A stretch of DNA of 64,000 bases from the human T2T-CHM13v2.0 reference genome, Homo sapiens, in NCBI RefSeq assembly GCF_009914755.1, contig NC_060929.1. One strand, given 5' to 3'. Under the pieces are notes generated by a model that did not search any database, was not told the DNA's origin, and saw nothing but the letters and a program-made list of their open reading frames with translations. The first letter of the stretch is position 1; each line of letters opens with the position of its first letter. A program made the position numbers and the translations under genes. This document shows positions 59,131-64,000 of the stretch, one piece after another.

Positions 59131-60039
59131 CTTTCTGGTTTTATCTACTTTTGGTCTTTGATGATGGTGATGTACAGGTGGGTTTTTGGTGTGGATGTCC
59201 TTTCTGTTTGTTAGTTTTCCTTCTAACAGACAGGACCCTCAGCTGCAGGTCTGTTGGAATACCCTGCCGCTTGTGAGGTGTCAGTGTGCCCCTGCTGGGG
59301 GGTGCCTCCCAGTTAGGCTGCTCGGGGGTCAGGGGTCAGGGACCCACTTGAGGAGGCAATCTGCCCGTTCTCAGATCTCCAGCTGCGTGCTGGGAGAACC
59401 ACTGCTGTCTTCAAAGCTGTCAGACAGGGACATTTAAGTCTGCAGAGGTTACTGCTGTCTTTTTGTTTGTCTGTGCCCTGCCCCCAGAGGTGGAGCCTAC
59501 AGAGGCAGGCAGGCCTCCTTGAGCTGTGGTGGGCTCCACCCAGTTCCAGATTCTGGGCTGCTTTGTTTACCTAATCAAGCCTGGGCAATGGCGGGCGCCC
59601 CTCCCCCAGCCTCGCTGCAGCCTTGCAGTTCGATCTCAGACTGCTGTGCTAGCAATCAGCGAGACTCCGTGGGTGTAGGACCCTCCGAGCCAGGTGCGGG
59701 ATATAATCTCGTGGTGCGCCGTTTTTTATGCCCGTTGGAAAAGCGCAGTATTCGTGTGGGAGTGACCCGATTTTCCAGGTGCTGTCCGTTACCCCTTTCT
59801 TTGACTCAGAAAGGGAACTCCCTGACCCCTTGCGCTTCCGAAGTGAGGCAATGCCTCGCCCTGCTTCGGCTCGCGCACGGTGCGCCCACCCACTGACCTG
59901 TGCCCACTGTCTGGCACTCCCTATTGAGATGAACCCGGTACCTCAGCTGGAAATGCAGAAATCACCCGTTTTCTGCGTCGCTCACTCTGGGAGCTGTAGA
60001 CCGGAGCTGTTCCTATTCGGCCATCTTGGCTCCTCCAGC
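59131..60039 (-). promoter_or_regulatory. L1 5'UTR with internal sense promoter and antisense promoter
   Basis: CpG-rich relative to the window; YY1 site AAGATGGCC intact (60019-60027); SOX-like AACAAA sites near 59463 and 59563. Confidence 0.85.
59588..59896 (+). CDS. L1 antisense ORF0, open, 102-aa extended form
   Basis: GCAATGG start context; MAGAPPPASLQPCSSISDCCASNQRDSVGVGPSEPG..; splice donors CAG|GT at 59694 and 59779. Expression is unknown. Confidence 0.6.
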   Translation: MAGAPPPASLQPCSSISDCCASNQRDSVGVGPSEPGAGYNLVVRRFLCPLEKRSIRVGVTRFSRCCPLPLSLTQKGNSLTPCASEVRQCLALLRLAHGAPTH

Positions 60040-60301
60040 AATTTTATTTTTTAAAAAAACTCTTCAAGTACTGAACTTTTATTATTGATGTGCATACTGA
60101 AATATTTAGGGGAAATTAATGCCTGCAATTTACATCGTATGGACAAGGGAGATGATATATGAATACGTATGTAATAACATGAGTTTAGTAAAATGTTAAT
60201 ATAGAACCTAGATTGTGTGAATGTAAGAGTTCACTATACAAATCTTCCAACATGACTGTATATGTGCTTGTGTGTGTGTATGTTGTGTGTGTTTGTGTGT
60301 A

Positions 60302-61114
60302 TACCAATGTGTTGGTTAACAACATGGATATGTTCTGAGAAATATATCGTTAGGTGATTTCACCACTGTGTGAACACCATAGAGTGTACTTACACAAACC
60401 TATGTGGTATAGTCTACTAGACACCCAGGCTATACAGTAATATTGTCTATTGCAGCTAGGCTTTTCCAACTGTCTATTGTAATGGTATGTTACCGCATTA
60501 AATACTGTAGGCAATTGTAACATAATTGTAAGTATTTGTGTATCTACACATAGAAAAGTTGTAGTAATATGATTGAAAAAATAAAAAATGATACACCTGT
60601 ATAGGGTACTTACCAGGAACAGAGACTGCAGATCTAAAGTTCCTCTAGGTGAGTCGGTGAGTGTGAATGGGAAGGCCTAGGATATTACTGTATATTACTG
60701 TAAACTTATTTATAAACACTGTAAACTTAGGCTACACTAAATTTATTTTTAAAATATTTTCTCTTCCACAATAAATAAATAGCTTACTGTAACTTTTCTA
60801 ATTTATAAACTTAATTTTTTAACTTATGGATTCATTTGAAATGAAGCTTAAAACACAGACACATTGAACAGCTGTACAAAAATATTTTCTTATTCTATAA
60901 ACCTTTTTGTATTTTTATTTTTTAAATTTTTATTACTTTTCACTTTCTAAATTGGTTTGCTGTAACTAAGACACACATACATAAGCATAGGCCTGCACAG
61001 GGTCAGGATCATCAAGATATCGCTAGACAACAGAAATCTGTTAGCTCCATTATGTTATGGGAGCATCATCATATATGCAGTTCATTACTGATGGAAACAT
61101 GTGGCGCGTGACGG
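60302..61114. mobile_element. Tigger3b/MER7-like DNA transposon, internally deleted
   Basis: GTTCTGAGAAAT..GTTAGGTGATTT..CATAGAGTGTACTTACACAAACCTA..TTAGGCTACACTAAATTT; end GTGGCGCGTGACGG. Confidence 0.85.
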
Positions 61115-62418
61115 TGTATATATATATTTGCTTTCACATTAACTAACAGACTTTAGAGAAGTGTTTGCATCCCTAGGAAACATTACCTTTGAAGTTCTCT
61201 TTTCCCATCAGAGAATCAAGAGTAATAATATGAGATAACATCTTAGGTTTTTAGTCTTCTGCTACTCCTGATTTAACTAGGCACAGTCAAAATATCTTCA
61301 GTACAGCAATGCAATTCAATAGGAAAATACGGCTTTTCTTTATCTCTTCTTGTCAATTACAACACATAGCTTTATATTTGTGGTAGATTTTCTTCAAGAA
61401 ACTGTGTTTTATTTCTTGGTGATTTACACTAGCAATTATGTTAGAGGACTGGGGCTGGAGATGCTAAATTTCTTGGATGCAGAATTAAGTCAAAGATGAA
61501 ATGGAAGCCAATCTCAATAAATAGCATAATTTGTCATGTACGAATGAATTACCTTATGCCAAAAAAATCCTTTTCTAATTTGATATTGCTTTGCCTTTGA
61601 AACTTTCATTTCTTGCCATTACTTTTTTTGGCATATTCCATATTCTCACTATAAATAGCATATATCATCTTTTAATTCAACAGTATTTACATTTATCAGG
61701 TCTTTTAGTGCTACATGTTTGTAACTTTAAATATGATCACATCAAAAAAATAGAAGACAGAAGAAAGAAAAAGAAATTACTAAATTACACAGTACCCTGA
61801 ATGCTAATTTCAGGGAGTATCCAACAGATTAAAAATGTCAAACCGGTAACATTGTGTTAGTGGGATTTTCTTTAACAATGATACTGATTTTTTTTTTTTT
61901 TGCTTTAACAACATAACAGATTCTATCTCAGGCACTGGGACTTGCGAAAATTTAAGAATACAGAATGATAGGATTGAGAAAAGGAAGACAAACTGGTCAG
62001 AGGAAAAATGAAGAATCACAGGCTGGAAAGAAATAATAGATATGAAGATGCAGGTTGATAGAAAGGCTTAAAAATGAATAAAAGATTAATATAAGGTAAA
62101 GTAAATGAAGAAATTTCTTTAGATGCTGAATTTTTTTTACAATTTGGATGGCAATTACGATAGTAACAATACACAAAATAGTAATCCATTTTTTTCTTTA
62201 AGTTTTCCCTAGCTCCAGTATTTAGGAGATCCCCATTTGATGGTATTCAAGTGAATTAAGCACATTTGTTTAGCTTCAAGGAAAATAGACTCCTAGTGTG
62301 AAAAAGAAAGAGGTTTTCCAGTAAATGATTTTAATAAGTAGAAGGTAATACAAAGTAAAGACGCTTGAACGATTAAAATACATAAAAGTGTGATAGTGAA
62401 ATGCATTGCTATTTTCTA

Positions 62419-62762
<344 letters not shown>

Positions 62763-62766
62763 GATT

Positions 62767-62800
62767 TGTGTGTGTGTCTGTGTGTGTGTGTGTGTGTGTG
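62767..62800. repeat. (TG)n microsatellite abutting the Alu tail
   Basis: TGTGTGTGTGTCTGTGTG.. Confidence 0.92.
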
Positions 62801-64000
62801 AGTGAAAGCAGATATATGATCAATCTTTAAAAATTGCCTATGTTGGGAAATGGGAAACTTGTGCATCAGCTTTCTCACAGGAGAAGACCAAGTGATGATG
62901 GTCTATTGATGTTAGTACATTAAAAATTATATTGTAGTTTTTTTTTAAAATACAACTTTAGCTTCTATTATTTAAAATTGTTTACAAACAAGTAACCAGT
63001 CTTTCTCTGTTGCATCTCTGTCAAGTTTCCCTCTCTATTTGTTCCTTTTTAGACTCAATTCCCAGTTCCAGCCCTTAGGATTGCTCGCTCTACTTTTCCA
63101 TGTTTACTTCTTCCAGATCTTTTCCTCATTTGCATGAATCGGCACTAAAATAAAAATAAACAAAATGTATGACATCTTGTCTATAGACTTGTGCATGTGT
63201 GCTTGAGCCTGAGTATGTTTATGAAGGGAGGAAGCATGGAGAAGGGAACAAGAAAAGATGGTGTTAAAAAAAATGTCATGATATTGCTGCAAGTTCTTAT
63301 TACAAGTGACAGAGGAGTTACTGACAATGGAATAAGAAAAAGACAAAAAAAGAGAAAAAAATAATGTTTTCATTTCTTGATGAAGGGGAAATTCTCACCT
63401 TCAGAAAAGGTGATCTGGAGATTTTGGGTCAATATTCATATAAAATAAAATTTTGGGACACTGGATTCTACATTAGAAGCAGAAGAACAATTATTATTGT
63501 GTAACAAAGATAGAAAGGGACTCTAAGAAAATAAACTGAAATAAACTAGGCAAGTGCTGACTAGTGATTTTAAGTAAAGATGAGAATAACATGACTTATC
63601 AATTGCTAAAGGACAAAGACAGGTGGGTGAACATAGAAGTAGGATCTATACAAAGGAAGAAGGGAGCCTTGGGAAAGTATGCTATAATATTTATTTCTGT
63701 TTTTAAAAAAGGAGGTGTAACAAAGCTGGAAGTTTTACTAAGTGAAGGGTTTTCTCAGAAAAGAAAATGGAAAAAAATCTTGGGAACGGAGGAGTTGATC
63801 AAAAAAGTTTAGTCTACAAGTCCAGGGAGGATTTGTAAGCTCTCAATCTGATAGGATTTGAAGATAAAAGGAGTAATTCAGTGAAGAGGTTAGAGCAAAT
63901 AGTTGATTATTGTTCCACTTTGTGTAATCATGTAGTGGCTTGGCCTTAGGATGACCTTCTAAAGTTTAGAGAATCTCGAGAGCAAAATTGTACCAGGGGG

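Overview
This window is AT-rich, repeat-dense hominid (human or great-ape type) non-coding DNA, either intronic or intergenic. I could not support any host protein-coding exon, RNA gene or CRISPR array, and every long ORF in the track derives from LINE-1, Tigger1 or Alu. The main elements are a full-length L1PA2-like LINE-1 (about 53993-60039, minus strand, TSDs present, ORF1 and ORF2 disabled, antisense ORF0 open), a full-length Tigger1 with TA TSDs, nine Alus, solo LTRs (MLT1A0, MLT1C/D/E, LTR33, LTR14A/HML-1), hAT and Tigger MITE-like elements, and many old L1M, L2 and MIR remnants. The least ordinary structures are: (i) a four-segment, microhomology-joined, partly inverted L1PA3-like insertion with no clear TSD (18127-19493); (ii) a 92-bp templated copy of locus-specific sequence placed about 1.05 kb upstream of its source (35445-35536 vs 36498-36590); (iii) an old 5'-inverted L1PB insertion; (iv) an old ~130-bp tandem duplication; (v) an extended 102-aa ORF0; and (vi) two repeat-free blocks with nuclear-receptor DR1-type motif clusters. 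I found no convincing new gene system. Subfamily names come from my recall of consensus sequences and need RepeatMasker/Dfam confirmation.
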